DNA from: Bacteroidota bacterium
GTDB lineage: Bacteria; Bacteroidota; Bacteroidia; Cytophagales; Amoebophilaceae
Reading direction: 5' to 3'
Assembly: GCA_039029235.1 (NCBI GenBank)
Contig: JBCCGO010000001.1
Coordinates: 1-51,813, forward strand
DNA: 51,813 nucleotides
Shown piece by piece: positions 30,482-41,149 of this stretch. The first letter of the stretch is position 1; the number at the start of each line of letters is the position of its first letter. The notes beneath the pieces are model-generated. The model was not told where the DNA came from. It searched no databases and was given only the letters and a program-made list of their open reading frames with translations. Made by a program: the position numbers and the translations under genes.

Positions 30482-30907
30482 ATGCTACAACCCAAGCGAA
30501 CACGATATAGAAAAGTACAGAAAGGACGCGTCAAAGGACTAGCGTGCAGAGGTAGCTCACTGGCATTTGGTACCTTTGGACTCAAAGCGTTAGAACCCGC
30601 CTGGATCACGGCTAGACAAATAGAAGCTACCCGTATCGCCATGACCAGGGCTATCAAAAGACAAGGACAGGTCTGGATCAGAATCTTTCCAGACAAGCCC
30701 ATAACCAAAAAGCCGGCCGAAGTCAGGATGGGCAAAGGGAAAGGCACACCAGAATATTGGGCAGCTGTCGTAAAGCCCGGCAGAGTACTCTTTGAAATAG
30801 AAGGTGTAGACAATGCCCTAGCCCAAGAAGCCATGCGTCTAGCTACGCACAAGCTGCCTATAAAGACCAAATTTATAGTACGTAAAGACCATACCAGCGA
30901 CCAGTAA
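30482..30907 (+). CDS. rplP: 50S ribosomal protein L16
   Basis: 141 aa. [16 protein letters not shown]...[12 protein letters not shown]. Confidence 0.95.
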   Translation: MLQPKRTRYRKVQKGRVKGLACRGSSLAFGTFGLKALEPAWITARQIEATRIAMTRAIKRQGQVWIRIFPDKPITKKPAEVRMGKGKGTPEYWAAVVKPGRVLFEIEGVDNALAQEAMRLATHKLPIKTKFIVRKDHTSDQ

Positions 30908-30909
30908 AG

Positions 30910-31134
30910 ATGAAATACCAAGAAATTAGCATGCTATCGCCTACAGCACTCAAAGAGCATATAGCTACCCAAGCAGCAAACCTGCGGAAGCTGCGATTCG
31001 CTCATGCCATCTCCCCCATTGAAAGCCCCATGAGCATGCAGCGTACCAAGAAAATTATAGCCCGGCTCAAGACGGCACAAAGAGCCCAACAACTGCAGCT
31101 AGAACGTAGAAAATATACCCATGCTCAGAAATAG
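30910..31134 (+). CDS. rpmC: 50S ribosomal protein L29
   Basis: 74 aa. [27 protein letters not shown]. Canonical position between rplP and rpsQ. Confidence 0.85.
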   Translation: MKYQEISMLSPTALKEHIATQAANLRKLRFAHAISPIESPMSMQRTKKIIARLKTAQRAQQLQLERRKYTHAQK

Positions 31135-31375
31135 TAGAAAAGAAAGAATAGGCCGAGTAATAAGCAATAAATGCGACAAAACCATCACCGTTATGGTAGA
31201 GCGCCGGATCAAGCATCCCCTTTACGGCAAGTTTATCAGCAAGTCCACCAAATTCATGGCACATGACGAGCAAAATGCCTGCAACCCAGGCGACGCTGTC
31301 AAGATCATGGAGACCCGGCCTCTGAGTAAGAAAAAAAGGTGGAGATTAGTAACAATCCTCGAGAAAGCTAAATAG
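31121..31375 (+). CDS. rpsQ: 30S ribosomal protein S17
   Basis: 84 aa. [30 protein letters not shown]...[23 protein letters not shown]. Confidence 0.93.
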   Translation: MLRNSRKERIGRVISNKCDKTITVMVERRIKHPLYGKFISKSTKFMAHDEQNACNPGDAVKIMETRPLSKKKRWRLVTILEKAK

Positions 31376-31381
31376 CCAGTC

Positions 31382-31750
31382 ATGATACAGCAAGAGTCTA
31401 GACTTAATGTTGCCGACAATAGCGGAGCCAAAGAAGTACTCTGTATTCGTGTACTAGGAGGTACTGGTAAAAAATACGCCAGTATCGGTGACCAGATTGT
31501 GGTCAGCGTAAAATCAGCCCATCCTGCCGGTAGCCTGAAAAAAGGTACAGTCTCAAGAGCAGTAGTTGTCCGGACCAGAAAAGAAGTAAGAAGAAAAGAC
31601 GGATCCTACATTCGCTTTGAAGACAACGCCGCCGTTTTACTGAACAGCAACGGAGAGCTTCGTGGCACACGGATCTCAGGCCCAGTAGCCAGAGAACTCC
31701 GCGAAAAAAAATTCATGAAAGTAGTATCCCTAGCCCCCGAAGTACTATAG
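31382..31750 (+). CDS. rplN: 50S ribosomal protein L14
   Basis: 122 aa. [27 protein letters not shown]. Confidence 0.96.
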   Translation: MIQQESRLNVADNSGAKEVLCIRVLGGTGKKYASIGDQIVVSVKSAHPAGSLKKGTVSRAVVVRTRKEVRRKDGSYIRFEDNAAVLLNSNGELRGTRISGPVARELREKKFMKVVSLAPEVL

Positions 31751-31753
31751 ATT

Positions 31754-32098
31754 ATGCGTAAAAAAAGCCACCTGACATCCAAATTGCACATTAAAAAAGG
31801 CGACATGGTCAAAGTGCTATCAGGCAACCACCGCAACAAGCGAGGAAAGGTTCTCCAGGTATTTCCAAGAAACTATCAAGCCATCGTAGCGGGAGTAGCC
31901 ATTGTCCATAAACACAGGAAGCCCTCAGCCCAGCGCCCGCAGGGCAGTATAGAGAAAAAAGAAGCCCCCATACACCTCAGCAAGCTCATGCTGGTAGACC
32001 CAGCCACTGGCCACGCTACCCGGGTAGGCAGGAAACACAACAAAGATGGTAAGCTACAAAGGTACGCTAAAAAGACCAGCCAATTCATCCAAGAATGA
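31754..32098 (+). CDS. rplX: 50S ribosomal protein L24
   Basis: 114 aa. KOW motif [27 protein letters not shown]. Confidence 0.92.
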   Translation: MRKKSHLTSKLHIKKGDMVKVLSGNHRNKRGKVLQVFPRNYQAIVAGVAIVHKHRKPSAQRPQGSIEKKEAPIHLSKLMLVDPATGHATRVGRKHNKDGKLQRYAKKTSQFIQE

Positions 32099-32640
32099 CT
32101 AGACCCAGACTACAAGAAAAATATCTCCGAGAGATTATCCCTACCCTCAAACAACAACTGAGCTACAAGTCAGTTATGCAGGTGCCGAAGCTACAGAAAA
32201 TATGCCTCAACCAAGGCATAGGCGCTGCTGTGACCGATAAAAACCTGATAGACATAGCCATCGAAGAACTAACAGCCATCACAGGCCAGCGAGCTGTACC
32301 AACTAGAGCCAAAAAAGCTATCTCCAACTTTAAGCTGAGAGAAAACATGCCCATCGGGGCCACAGTCACCCTGCGCAGCAAACGAATGTATGAATTCCTA
32401 GATCGGCTTGTTACCGTAGCATTGCCTCGTGTAAGAGACTTTAGAGGAGTCAGCGAAAAAAGTTTTGACGGAAGGGGTAACTATACGCTAGGAATCAAGG
32501 AACAGATCATTTTTCCTGAAATTACCGTAGATAAAGTAAACAAATTAATCGGCATGAGTATTATCTTTGTAACCAGTGCCAAAACCAATCAAGAGGCCTA
32601 CCAGTTGTTAAAAGCACTGGGGATGCCCTTTAGGAGCTAA
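32095..32640 (+). CDS. rplE: 50S ribosomal protein L5
   Basis: 181 aa. [18 protein letters not shown]...[30 protein letters not shown]. Confidence 0.95.
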   Translation: MTRPRLQEKYLREIIPTLKQQLSYKSVMQVPKLQKICLNQGIGAAVTDKNLIDIAIEELTAITGQRAVPTRAKKAISNFKLRENMPIGATVTLRSKRMYEFLDRLVTVALPRVRDFRGVSEKSFDGRGNYTLGIKEQIIFPEITVDKVNKLIGMSIIFVTSAKTNQEAYQLLKALGMPFRS

Positions 32641-32655
32641 TAATTAACAAAATCT

Positions 32656-32925
32656 GTGGCAAAAAAAGCAGTCAGAGTACGCGATCTAAAACGACGAAAA
32701 CTCGTTCAGCGCTATGCAGCTAAGCGGGCTGAGCTCAAAGCCCAAGGAGACTATACAGCCCTAGACAGGCTGCCCAAAAATGCCTCTCCTGTACGACTAC
32801 GCAATAGGTGCCAAGCTACCGGAAGGCCCAGGGGGTACATGCGCAAGTTTGGCATCTCAAGAATCACTTTCAGAGCATGGGCCGCCGCAGGTAGGATACC
32901 AGGAGTAGAGAAAGCTAGCTGGTAA
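32656..32925 (+). CDS. rpsN: 30S ribosomal protein S14 (long, 89-aa form)
   Basis: GTG start. [20 protein letters not shown]...[25 protein letters not shown]...KASW. Confidence 0.92.
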   Translation: MAKKAVRVRDLKRRKLVQRYAAKRAELKAQGDYTALDRLPKNASPVRLRNRCQATGRPRGYMRKFGISRITFRAWAAAGRIPGVEKASW

Positions 32926-32983
32926 CATATAAGTTAAGATAGCCCCGTAAAGTATCCTCCGCCAGGAAGCAAGCACATACACT

Positions 32984-33385
32984 ATGAATACAGATCCCAT
33001 AGCTGATTACTTGACAAGAATCAGAAATGCCATCCAAGCTAGGCATAAGATCGTAGAAATACCTGCCTCAGGCATCAAGAAAGATATTACCAAAGTCTTG
33101 CACGACAAAGGATACATCAGCAAGTACAAGGTGGATAAACAGGCAGGAATCCAAGGCATAATCAGCATTAGGCTGAAATACAACCTAAGCACCAAAGCCT
33201 CAGCCATCACGCAGCTGACAAGAATAAGTAAGCCCGGCCTGCGGAAGTATGCCCAAGCCAACGCACTGCCCAGTGTGATCAATGGCCTGGGGATAGCCAT
33301 CTTATCTACCTCCCAAGGCGTATTGAGCGATAAAGAAGCTAGGAAGATGAAAATAGGTGGAGAAGTATTGTGCTACATTTATTAA
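32984..33385 (+). CDS. rpsH: 30S ribosomal protein S8
   Basis: 133 aa. TDPIADYLTRIRNA...GGEVLCYIY. Confidence 0.95.
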   Translation: MNTDPIADYLTRIRNAIQARHKIVEIPASGIKKDITKVLHDKGYISKYKVDKQAGIQGIISIRLKYNLSTKASAITQLTRISKPGLRKYAQANALPSVINGLGIAILSTSQGVLSDKEARKMKIGGEVLCYIY

Positions 33386-33398
33386 GATACCATGCGTC

Positions 33399-33953
33399 AT
33401 GTCAAGAATAGGAAATCAGCCCATTAAACTACCAGTAGGTACCACACTAGCAAGGCGTGAGGAAAATGTAATATACATCCACGGACCCAAAGGAGCACTC
33501 ACACAGTATATAGACCCTACCATTACCGTAACAGTAGATAAAAACCACATAACCCTAACCAGAAGGACCGATCAAAAACCCCACAAAGCACTCCATGGTC
33601 TCTACAGGGCACTCATCGCCAATATGGTCATCGGAGTCAGTGAGGGATTTAAAAAAACCTTAGAACTCATAGGTGTAGGCTATAAAGCCAGTGCACAAAA
33701 CAATGTACTAGAGCTTAACTTAGGATACGCTCACACCATCTATTTTGTCGTTCCGCCCGAGATCACTGTACAAACCGAAACAACGAAGGGGAAGAGCCCA
33801 CTCGTACACTTAGCAGGAATAGACAAACAATTAGTAGGGCAAGTAGCAGCCAAGCTCAGGGCACTCCGCAAGGTAGAGCCCTACAAAGGCAAAGGAATCA
33901 GGTTCTTAGGCGAGAAAGTCAGACGTAAAGCAGGTAAAACCACCACCAAGTAG
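33399..33953 (+). CDS. rplF: 50S ribosomal protein L6
   Basis: Canonical MSRIGNQPIKLP start at the internal ATG 33399. The ORF-track start 33357 overlaps rpsH. PYKGKGIRFLGE near the C-terminus. Confidence 0.93.
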   Translation: MSRIGNQPIKLPVGTTLARREENVIYIHGPKGALTQYIDPTITVTVDKNHITLTRRTDQKPHKALHGLYRALIANMVIGVSEGFKKTLELIGVGYKASAQNNVLELNLGYAHTIYFVVPPEITVQTETTKGKSPLVHLAGIDKQLVGQVAAKLRALRKVEPYKGKGIRFLGEKVRRKAGKTTTK

Positions 33954-33962
33954 GTTAAAAAG

Positions 33963-34319
33963 ATGGCCATCAGAAATTCCAAAACTTCCAGGAGGCTCAG
34001 AATCAGGCAGCGCATTAGGAAGCATCTGCAGGGCACAGCAGCCAGGCCTAGGCTTTCGGTATACAAAAGCAATAAGGCCATCTATACACAGCTGATCAAT
34101 GACGAGCAAGGCCATACCCTAGCGGCAAGCTCTTCAAGAACAGGAAGCTTACAAGAAGGTACGAGGATTGATAAAGCTAGAAAAGTAGGAGAAGACTTAG
34201 CAACCAAAGCACTGGCCAGAGACATTCATACCATTGTATTTGATCGATCAGGCTATCTCTACCATGGCCAAGTAAAAGCATTGGCCGAAGGTGCTAGGGC
34301 CAAAGGCCTCCAATTCTAA
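33963..34319 (+). CDS. rplR: 50S ribosomal protein L18
   Basis: 118 aa. RPRLSVYKSNKAIYTQLINDEQGHTLAASS...FDRSGYLYHGQVKALAEGARAKGLQF. Confidence 0.94.
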   Translation: MAIRNSKTSRRLRIRQRIRKHLQGTAARPRLSVYKSNKAIYTQLINDEQGHTLAASSSRTGSLQEGTRIDKARKVGEDLATKALARDIHTIVFDRSGYLYHGQVKALAEGARAKGLQF

Positions 34320-34325
34320 ATAAGT

Positions 34326-34841
34326 ATGGTGCAGCGGAGAAAAATCATGAAAATAAGCGAGCTTAACTTAGAAGAGAAGCTCGTCGCCATCAACAGAGTA
34401 ACCAAGGTAGTTAAGGGAGGGCGTAACTTTAGGTTCTCAGCAGTGGTAGTAGTAGGGAACCGCCAAGGCGTAGCGGGGTACGGCCTAGGCAAAGCCCAAG
34501 AAGCTACGAGTGCCATTGCCAAAGGTGCCGAAGATGCTAAGAAAAACCTGATTAAAGTGCCGATCTTACGAGGCACCATCCCCCACCAAGCTATCGGTAA
34601 GTTTGGAGGAGGACAAGTATTACTCAAGCCTGCTGCACCAGGTACAGGCATTATTGCAGGCGGTGGTGCACGCATAGCATTAGAGTTTGTGGGCATACAA
34701 AACGTCCTGGCCAAGTCAAAAGGGTCCTCTAACCCCCACAATACAGTGAAAGCAACCTTCCAGGCACTAAAGCAGCTGCGCGACCCACTAACCGTAGCAG
34801 CCCAGAGAGGGATCTCCCTAGATAAGGTATTTAATGGATAA
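34326..34841 (+). CDS. rpsE: 30S ribosomal protein S5
   Basis: 171 aa. [34 protein letters not shown]. The start could instead be the ATG at 34347. Confidence 0.94.
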   Translation: MVQRRKIMKISELNLEEKLVAINRVTKVVKGGRNFRFSAVVVVGNRQGVAGYGLGKAQEATSAIAKGAEDAKKNLIKVPILRGTIPHQAIGKFGGGQVLLKPAAPGTGIIAGGGARIALEFVGIQNVLAKSKGSSNPHNTVKATFQALKQLRDPLTVAAQRGISLDKVFNG

Positions 34842-34843
34842 GC

Positions 34844-35023
34844 ATGACAAAGATCAGAATTACACAAGTCAAGAGCGCCATCAATCGACCCCAGCAGCAG
34901 AAGCTAACCGTCAAAGCTTTAAAGCTAGGGAAAATCAACAAAAGCGTTGACGTTGAGCTAACCCCCCCCATTCAAGGCATGATCCATCGTGTGAGTCACT
35001 TAGTTACAACAGAAGCCATATAA
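34844..35023 (+). CDS. rpmD: 50S ribosomal protein L30
   Basis: 59-aa ORF, too short for the ORF track. MTKIRITQVKSAINRPQQQKLTVKALKLGKINKSVDVELTPPIQGMIHRVSHLVTTEAI. Fills the rpsE-rplO gap exactly. Confidence 0.88.
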   Translation: MTKIRITQVKSAINRPQQQKLTVKALKLGKINKSVDVELTPPIQGMIHRVSHLVTTEAI

Positions 35024-35025
35024 CC

Positions 35026-35484
35026 ATGCAGCTCCATACACTCCAACCTATTATAGGTGCGTTGAAACGAAGCAAAAGGATTGGCAGAGGCCAGGGATCT
35101 GGCAAAGGAGGTACCGCCACCAAGGGCCACAAAGGCGCTAAGTCTAGGTCAGGTTATAAAAGTAAACCAGGCTTTGAAGGTGGGCAGCTGCCCCTCCAAA
35201 AGCGTATACCAACTTATGGATTTAACAATCCTCATAGAGTTGCTTATAAGCCCATCAACCTGAGCATATTACAACAGCTGACAGAAAAATTACAATTAAC
35301 CACCATCGATGCACAGGTACTTGCAGCAAATGGGCTAGTTAACAAACGTAGTCGATACAAAATTTTAGGTAGTGGCGTCCTAAAAGCCAGGATAACGGTT
35401 ACCGCCCATGCCTTTTCAGCTCCTGCCATAGCAGCCATACAAAAACTCGGTGGGGAAGCCATTATACACAAACCGCATGCGTAA
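35026..35484 (+). CDS. rplO: 50S ribosomal protein L15
   Basis: 152 aa. KRIGRGQGSGKGGTATKGHKGAKSRSG. Confidence 0.94.
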   Translation: MQLHTLQPIIGALKRSKRIGRGQGSGKGGTATKGHKGAKSRSGYKSKPGFEGGQLPLQKRIPTYGFNNPHRVAYKPINLSILQQLTEKLQLTTIDAQVLAANGLVNKRSRYKILGSGVLKARITVTAHAFSAPAIAAIQKLGGEAIIHKPHA

Positions 35485-36793
35485 ATTTTTTACTGCCATC
35501 AGGAATATCTTCGCTATTGAAGAGCTCAGAACGCGCATACTCAATACCATAAGATTTATACTAATCTTTCGTTTAGGGTCTTTCATTGCCCTGCCAGGCG
35601 TCGACGTAACCAAGCTAACAGGCGAAGTAAAAGGCATTTTTAGTTTGCTAGATGTTTTCTTAGGCGGCGCTTTTAGCCATGTATCCATTTTTGCCTTAGG
35701 GGTAATGCCTTACATTTCTGCCTCTATCGCAGTACAGCTCCTGACCGTAGCTGTTCCCTACTTCCAGAAACTTCAAAAAGAAGGGCCCGCTGGGAAAAAA
35801 AGATTGAACGAGCTTACCAAACTACTCACGATCTTCCTGGCCATCATTCAGACACTGAGCTACCTAACGGTGGCAGTTCCTGACGAAGTGATCGTGATCA
35901 ACAAATTCCTCTTCTTTGTTACATCACTAGCTGTAATTCCTGCAGGAACCATGGCCTGCATGTGGATAGGAGACAGAATTACTGACCGAGGCCTAGGCAA
36001 TGGCATTTCTATGCTCATCATGATCGGCATTATCTCTTCGCTGCCCGGTTCCCTTTACGAAGAGTTTGTGGCAAGAGGCACTCGCGGACTGCTCATATTC
36101 ACCATTGAGCTCCTCATACTCTTCGCCATTGTGAGTAGCTTGGTGATGTTCACAAAAGCCACTAGAAGAATCCCCCTGCAATATGCCAAGCAAATGGTGG
36201 CTGGCAGCGCTTACGGCGGCCAGCGACAGTATATCCCACTTAAACTAAACACCACTGGCGTTATGCCTATTATTTTTGCCCAAATGCTGATGTTTCTTCC
36301 AGCCTTACTGACCAACCTATTAGCCGGCAAGAGCCCTATGACCGCCGGCATAGCCAAAATCTTTGCTGACTTTACCACATGGCAGTATAATGTAGTATTT
36401 GGCCTACTTATTGTAGCCTTTACCTACTTCTACACAGCGATTGCCATCAACCCCACCCAGATCGCTGATGACCTGAAGCGCAGCAGCGGCTTTATCCCAG
36501 GTGTTAGACCAGGCAAGCAAACCGCAGTATTGATTGATCAGATTCTGAGTAGAATAACACTGCCAGGTTCTTTATTTCTGGCAGTTATTGCTATATTGCC
36601 TGGAGTAGCCTACTTAGTAGGGATAAGCAGGTCTTTTAGCCGATTCTATGGCGGCACCTCGCTACTGATCATGGTAGGAGTAGTGTTAGATACACTACAA
36701 CAAATAGAGAGCTACCTACTGGTTCATCACTATGATTACATGATAAAATCTGGTAACGTGCAGGAACAAACTCAGAACATGGTAGTAGCCTAA
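35477..36793 (+). CDS. secY: Preprotein translocase subunit SecY
   Basis: Multi-TM protein of ~438 aa. FAIEELRTRILNTIRFILIFRLGSFIALPGV, GNGISMLIM, GGQRQYIPLKLN, and GFIPGVRPGKQT. The start at ATG 35477 is preferred over 35450. Confidence 0.94.
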   Translation: MRKFFTAIRNIFAIEELRTRILNTIRFILIFRLGSFIALPGVDVTKLTGEVKGIFSLLDVFLGGAFSHVSIFALGVMPYISASIAVQLLTVAVPYFQKLQKEGPAGKKRLNELTKLLTIFLAIIQTLSYLTVAVPDEVIVINKFLFFVTSLAVIPAGTMACMWIGDRITDRGLGNGISMLIMIGIISSLPGSLYEEFVARGTRGLLIFTIELLILFAIVSSLVMFTKATRRIPLQYAKQMVAGSAYGGQRQYIPLKLNTTGVMPIIFAQMLMFLPALLTNLLAGKSPMTAGIAKIFADFTTWQYNVVFGLLIVAFTYFYTAIAINPTQIADDLKRSSGFIPGVRPGKQTAVLIDQILSRITLPGSLFLAVIAILPGVAYLVGISRSFSRFYGGTSLLIMVGVVLDTLQQIESYLLVHHYDYMIKSGNVQEQTQNMVVA

Positions 36794-36796
36794 AAT

Positions 36797-37570
36797 ATGA
36801 TCTTGGTAAAGGGGGAGCATGAGATAAGCCTGATCAGAGCAGCTGCCAATATCCTAAGCAAAACGCTTGGCTTAATGGCACAAGAGATTAAGCCAGGCGT
36901 AACAACAAAAAAACTTGATAGACTAGCCGAAGAGTTTATCAACGACCAGGGAGGTAAGCCTGCTTTCAAAGGGTTTGAAAAATTTCCGGCCTCGCTCTGT
37001 GCCTCTATCAATGAAGTGGCTGCACATGGCATCCCTACCCATCACCCCCTTCGGGAGGGAGACATCGTCGCCATAGACTGCGGGGTTACTTACCAGGGAT
37101 TCTATAGTGACGCAGCTTTTACCTTTCCGGTAGGTATGGTAAGCCAGGAAGCGAGCAATCTCCTGCGTATAACAAAGGGGGCCTTGTACAAAGGCATAAA
37201 ACAAGCTAGCGCAGGGAAACGAACAGGAGATATTGGACAAGCCATTCAAGAACATGCACACAAGCATGGATGCTCCGTAATCAGAATACTGGCAGGGCAT
37301 GGGATTGGGAGAGATTTACACGAAGCCCCTGATATTCCTAATTATGGTAAGCAGGGCAGAGGTATAAAGCTCAAGCCTGGCATGGTGCTTGCCATAGAGC
37401 CCATGATTAACTTGGGGGGATCAGCAGTTGTGCAAGAGAGCGATGGATGGGCCATAAGAACGTTAGACAGAAAACTTTCCGCTCACTTTGAGCACACCAT
37501 TGCGTTGCGTATACATAACACAGAAATTCTAACGACCTATCAGTATATAGAAGAAGCTTCCCAAACTTGA
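36797..37570 (+). CDS. map: Type I methionine aminopeptidase
   Basis: 257 aa with the metal ligands in context: [19 protein letters not shown]-type [25 protein letters not shown] and HFEHT. Confidence 0.94.
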   Translation: MILVKGEHEISLIRAAANILSKTLGLMAQEIKPGVTTKKLDRLAEEFINDQGGKPAFKGFEKFPASLCASINEVAAHGIPTHHPLREGDIVAIDCGVTYQGFYSDAAFTFPVGMVSQEASNLLRITKGALYKGIKQASAGKRTGDIGQAIQEHAHKHGCSVIRILAGHGIGRDLHEAPDIPNYGKQGRGIKLKPGMVLAIEPMINLGGSAVVQESDGWAIRTLDRKLSAHFEHTIALRIHNTEILTTYQYIEEASQT

Positions 37571-37571
37571 T

Positions 37572-37799
37572 ATGGCCAAGATACCCCCCATAGAGCAGGA
37601 CGGCATTGCCGAGGTGGCCCTACCGAATGCAGAGTTTAAAGTACGATTAGCAAATGGCCACCTCGTTAGGGCACATATATCTGGTAAGATGCAAAAGTTT
37701 CATATTAAAATATTTCCTGGCGATAAAGTAAGACTAGAGCTAACGCCTTACGACTTGACCAAAGGGCGCATAGTTCACAGATACAAAGTCCCCCAATAA
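37572..37799 (+). CDS. infA: Translation initiation factor IF-1
   Basis: 75 aa. [24 protein letters not shown]...[25 protein letters not shown]. Confidence 0.94.
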   Translation: MAKIPPIEQDGIAEVALPNAEFKVRLANGHLVRAHISGKMQKFHIKIFPGDKVRLELTPYDLTKGRIVHRYKVPQ

Positions 37800-37811
37800 C
37801 TCCAGCCTACT

Positions 37812-37928
37812 ATGAAGGTAAAAGTATCCATCAAGAAACGCAGTAGCCAGTGTCAGTTTGTACGCAGAAAAGGCAGGCTCTATATCATTAACAAAATGAA
37901 TCCCCGCTTTAAGCAAAGACAAAAATAA
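37812..37928 (+). CDS. rpmJ: 50S ribosomal protein L36
   Basis: 38-aa ORF not in the ORF track. [38 protein letters not shown]. Canonical infA-rpmJ-rpsM position. Confidence 0.88.
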   Translation: MKVKVSIKKRSSQCQFVRRKGRLYIINKMNPRFKQRQK

Positions 37929-37930
37929 GC

Positions 37931-38308
37931 ATGGCCAGAGTATTAGGAGTAGATATCCCCGACCAGAAGCGCAGCGAGGTTGCCCTTACCTATATTTTTG
38001 GTATTGGTCGTAATTTAGCGATCAAAATTTTAGCACAAGCAAATATTGATAAAGACAAACGAGTGGCTGACTGGTCTGAAGAAGAGTCCAAGCAGCTCAG
38101 AGCCATTATCAATGAGCAATACAAAGTAGAAGGGGCGCTGAGGTCAGAAATTCGTTTGAATATCAAAAGACTCATAGACATTAGGAGCTACAGAGGCAGG
38201 AGGCATGCCATCGGGCTGCCTGTCAGAGGCCAGCAGACCAAGAACAATGCCAGAACGCGCAAAGGCAAACGCAAGACCGTAGCAGGCAAGAAGAAAGTCA
38301 AGAAATAG
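37931..38308 (+). CDS. rpsM: 30S ribosomal protein S13
   Basis: 125 aa. [14 protein letters not shown]...[26 protein letters not shown]. Confidence 0.95.
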   Translation: MARVLGVDIPDQKRSEVALTYIFGIGRNLAIKILAQANIDKDKRVADWSEEESKQLRAIINEQYKVEGALRSEIRLNIKRLIDIRSYRGRRHAIGLPVRGQQTKNNARTRKGKRKTVAGKKKVKK

Positions 38309-38350
38309 TTCTTAAGCGCTCCAAGCAGCTTAAGACCCAGCGGCAAAAAC

Positions 38351-38743
38351 ATGGCAAAACCACAGAAAGACAAGCTAAGCAAGAAAAAAGTAAATGTTGG
38401 CCAAGTAGGGCAAGCACACATCAAAGCCACTTATAACAACATTATCATCTCCATGACAACCCAGGAGGGACAAGTAATTGCCTGGTCTTCTGCCGGTAAA
38501 ATGGGCTTTAAAGGCTCCAAGAAGAATACGCCCTATGCAGCCCAAGTATCTGCCAGAGACTGTGCTAAAGTAGCCCATGACTTAGGGCTCCGAAAAATAG
38601 AAGTCTATGCCAAAGGAGCAGGCGTAGGCAGAGAGGCAGCCATCCGAACCATTCAAGACACTGGTATAGAAGTCACCACCATCAAGGACGTGACGCCCAT
38701 ACCGCACAATGGCTGTAGGCCACCTAAGCGTAGGAAACCGTAA
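38351..38743 (+). CDS. rpsK: 30S ribosomal protein S11
   Basis: 130 aa. [15 protein letters not shown]...[14 protein letters not shown]...[16 protein letters not shown]. Confidence 0.95.
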   Translation: MAKPQKDKLSKKKVNVGQVGQAHIKATYNNIIISMTTQEGQVIAWSSAGKMGFKGSKKNTPYAAQVSARDCAKVAHDLGLRKIEVYAKGAGVGREAAIRTIQDTGIEVTTIKDVTPIPHNGCRPPKRRKP

Positions 38744-38773
38744 CCCCCATTAAGTAAAATAATAAACCCCCTT

Positions 38774-39376
38774 ATGGCAAGATACATAGGCCCACGAACC
38801 AGGATATCTAGAAGATATAACGAACCCCTCTTTGGGCCAAGCAAGGCCCTGCAAAAGAAAAATTATCCCCCAGGCCAGCATGGGAAGCGAGGACGTAGAA
38901 AGAAATCAGCCTATGCCCTGCAGCTCATGGAGAAAGGCAAAGCCAAGTACATCTACGGCTTGCTAGAGAGACAGTTTGCCCATGTTTTCCGCAATGCTGC
39001 CAGAAAGAAAGGAATAACCGGCGAAATTCTGCTACAGCACCTAGAAGCACGCTTAGATAACACCGTCTATCGCCTAGGGATAGCCCCAACCAGAAGTGCA
39101 GCCAGACAGCTTGTATCGCACAAACATATCATGGTCAATAGCTCAGTAGTCAATATCCCTTCCTACACGCTAAAGGCGGGAGATATCATCGGATTGCGAA
39201 AAAAATCTCAATCCTTAAAAGCTGTTACAGTGCCCATAGCTGCGCATCACAAAAAATACCCTTGGCTAGCCTGGGATCACAAGCAGATGAGGGGTAAGCT
39301 CATAGCGTTACCCACAAGAGAAGAAATACCTGAGAAGATCAACGAGCAGAGTATTGTAGAGCTATACTCTAAATAA
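38774..39376 (+). CDS. rpsD: 30S ribosomal protein S4
   Basis: 200 aa. MARYIGPRTRISRR...LEARLDNTVYRLGIAPTRSAARQLVSHKHIMVN. Confidence 0.95.
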   Translation: MARYIGPRTRISRRYNEPLFGPSKALQKKNYPPGQHGKRGRRKKSAYALQLMEKGKAKYIYGLLERQFAHVFRNAARKKGITGEILLQHLEARLDNTVYRLGIAPTRSAARQLVSHKHIMVNSSVVNIPSYTLKAGDIIGLRKKSQSLKAVTVPIAAHHKKYPWLAWDHKQMRGKLIALPTREEIPEKINEQSIVELYSK

Positions 39377-39427
39377 TTTTTCAAGATCTCTTCATTTTTT
39401 AGTCGTACCGTCATAAAGAAAGACACA

Positions 39428-40453
39428 ATGGCAACAATGATTTTCCCAAAACCTGAGCAAGTACTTGTAGAAAAAATAGACGATTATCGGAGCGTATTTA
39501 CTCTAAAGCCCCTTAACAAAGGCTATGGAATAACGATTGGCAATACGCTACGGAGGATATTGTTATCCTCCATGGAAGGCTATGCCATCACCTCCGTGCG
39601 AGTACCTGGTGTACTGCATGAGTATGATACCATCGAAGGCGTTCGGGAAAACATGCAAGAAATAAGTAAAAACCTCCAAGAGGTTAGATTTAAGAAGATC
39701 GGAGACCACGTAAAAGATAAAGTACGCATCCCGATCAGCAAGAAGGAGATGCTTAGCGCCGGTGACATTGCCCAAGCAACCCCTTCATTTACAATCCCTA
39801 ACCCCGAGCTAGTGATCTGCCATATGGACGAATCTGCCAGATTCGAGCTAGAAATTACCGTTGAGCACGGCAGAGACTATCGCAATGCCAGGGACCACGA
39901 GGCAGACAACGCAGTAAAAGGCCTAATCCCCATCAACGCTATTTTTACGCCTATTCGGAATGTGAAGTATGCCATAGAGAAAACAAGAGTAGTCCGCGAG
40001 ACCGACTATGATTCATTGGTACTTGAGATCCAAACAGATGGCACTACCCAACCTGAGGAAGCACTTGAACGCGCTGCCAATATCCTCATAGAGCATTACA
40101 CCTTCCTGGCTGCCAAGGATAACTTCGTAGAAGCTATTACCCCAGAGACACACGAAGTAGATGATAAATCTATATCCCAGAGACTTGCCTTGCTCAAGAC
40201 GCCGATAGAAGACCTACAACTATCCACACGAGTCTATAATTGCCTCCAAAAAGTCAATGTCAGAACATTAGGCGAACTTGTACAGCTGACGGTTCCTACA
40301 ATGGTTAAGTTCAAAAACTTTGGCCGAAAATCACTGAAAGAACTCCAGGCGTTAATAGCTAGCAAGGGCCTTGAGTTTAGTATGGATTTATCAGCATACG
40401 ACGTGGCAGAGCGACCAAACTCATCCGAGCTAGGCACTGCTAGCATGACCTAA
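39428..40453 (+). CDS. rpoA: DNA-directed RNA polymerase alpha subunit
   Basis: 341 aa. [28 protein letters not shown] in the NTD, and [21 protein letters not shown]...FGRKSLKEL in the CTD. Confidence 0.95.
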   Translation: MATMIFPKPEQVLVEKIDDYRSVFTLKPLNKGYGITIGNTLRRILLSSMEGYAITSVRVPGVLHEYDTIEGVRENMQEISKNLQEVRFKKIGDHVKDKVRIPISKKEMLSAGDIAQATPSFTIPNPELVICHMDESARFELEITVEHGRDYRNARDHEADNAVKGLIPINAIFTPIRNVKYAIEKTRVVRETDYDSLVLEIQTDGTTQPEEALERAANILIEHYTFLAAKDNFVEAITPETHEVDDKSISQRLALLKTPIEDLQLSTRVYNCLQKVNVRTLGELVQLTVPTMVKFKNFGRKSLKELQALIASKGLEFSMDLSAYDVAERPNSSELGTASMT

Positions 40454-40484
40454 GCTACTAGCCAATATAATTCACTGCCCACCT

Positions 40485-40955
40485 ATGAGACACGGAAAAA
40501 AATTTAATTTACTTGGCAGAAACGCAGCCCATAGAAAAGCGCTCTGGGCCAACCAAGCCAAATCACTGATCCTACACAAGCGGATCATGACCACAGTGGC
40601 CAAAGCCAAGGCACTAAGAAAGTTTGTAGAACCGTTGATCACCAAGGCTAGGCGAGATACCACGCACGCCAGGAGAGTTGTTTTCTCTTACCTCCAAGAC
40701 AAGGAGCCAGTAAAAGTACTATTCAATGATATTGCCTATAAGATAGGAGCCCGGCCAGGAGGTTATACACGCATCATCAAGATGGGGACACGACCAGGCG
40801 ATAATGCAGCCATGTGCATGATAGAGCTGGTAGATTATAACACACTGTACCAGCGCACCAAGCCTAGAGCAGCTAGAACCAGCAACGATAGCGACAACGA
40901 GACTTCTCAGGCAAGCAGGCCAGTCGTCCTCATAGACCCCGAAGAGAGCAGGTAA
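40485..40955 (+). CDS. rplQ: 50S ribosomal protein L17
   Basis: 156 aa. [55 protein letters not shown]. Confidence 0.94.
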   Translation: MRHGKKFNLLGRNAAHRKALWANQAKSLILHKRIMTTVAKAKALRKFVEPLITKARRDTTHARRVVFSYLQDKEPVKVLFNDIAYKIGARPGGYTRIIKMGTRPGDNAAMCMIELVDYNTLYQRTKPRAARTSNDSDNETSQASRPVVLIDPEESR

Positions 40956-41149
40956 AGAGCCTTAGTAAGAGTAGCAAGGGCAGAAGTGTAAGCATTGAAT
41001 CAGCACAGCCAATGAAACGAGCAAAGTAGAGCCATCTTAGAACGCTTGTTACTGACTAGCTGGTATCAAATAAGTGAAAATATAGACATCAGGCACATTT
41101 TTGTTCAAATTTTGGGCGAAATATAAATTATCCCTGCCAATTCACGAGC

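Noticed and set aside
37812-37928. L36 lacking the CxxC...C...H zinc ligands (SSQC...N...F)
   Set aside because: From memory, Cys-poor L36 of the form ...KKR..C.IVRR.GRLYVINK.NP..KQRQ. is the normal Bacteroidota type, so this is a lineage trait and not an anomaly.
27914-40663. Many antisense or alternate-frame ORFs inside the r-protein/secY/rpoA block (for example 30472..30921, 34316..34867, 33007..33300, 36923..37300, 38188..38430)
   Set aside because: Each is fully embedded in a strongly supported conserved gene in another frame or on the other strand. None carries a recognisable motif.
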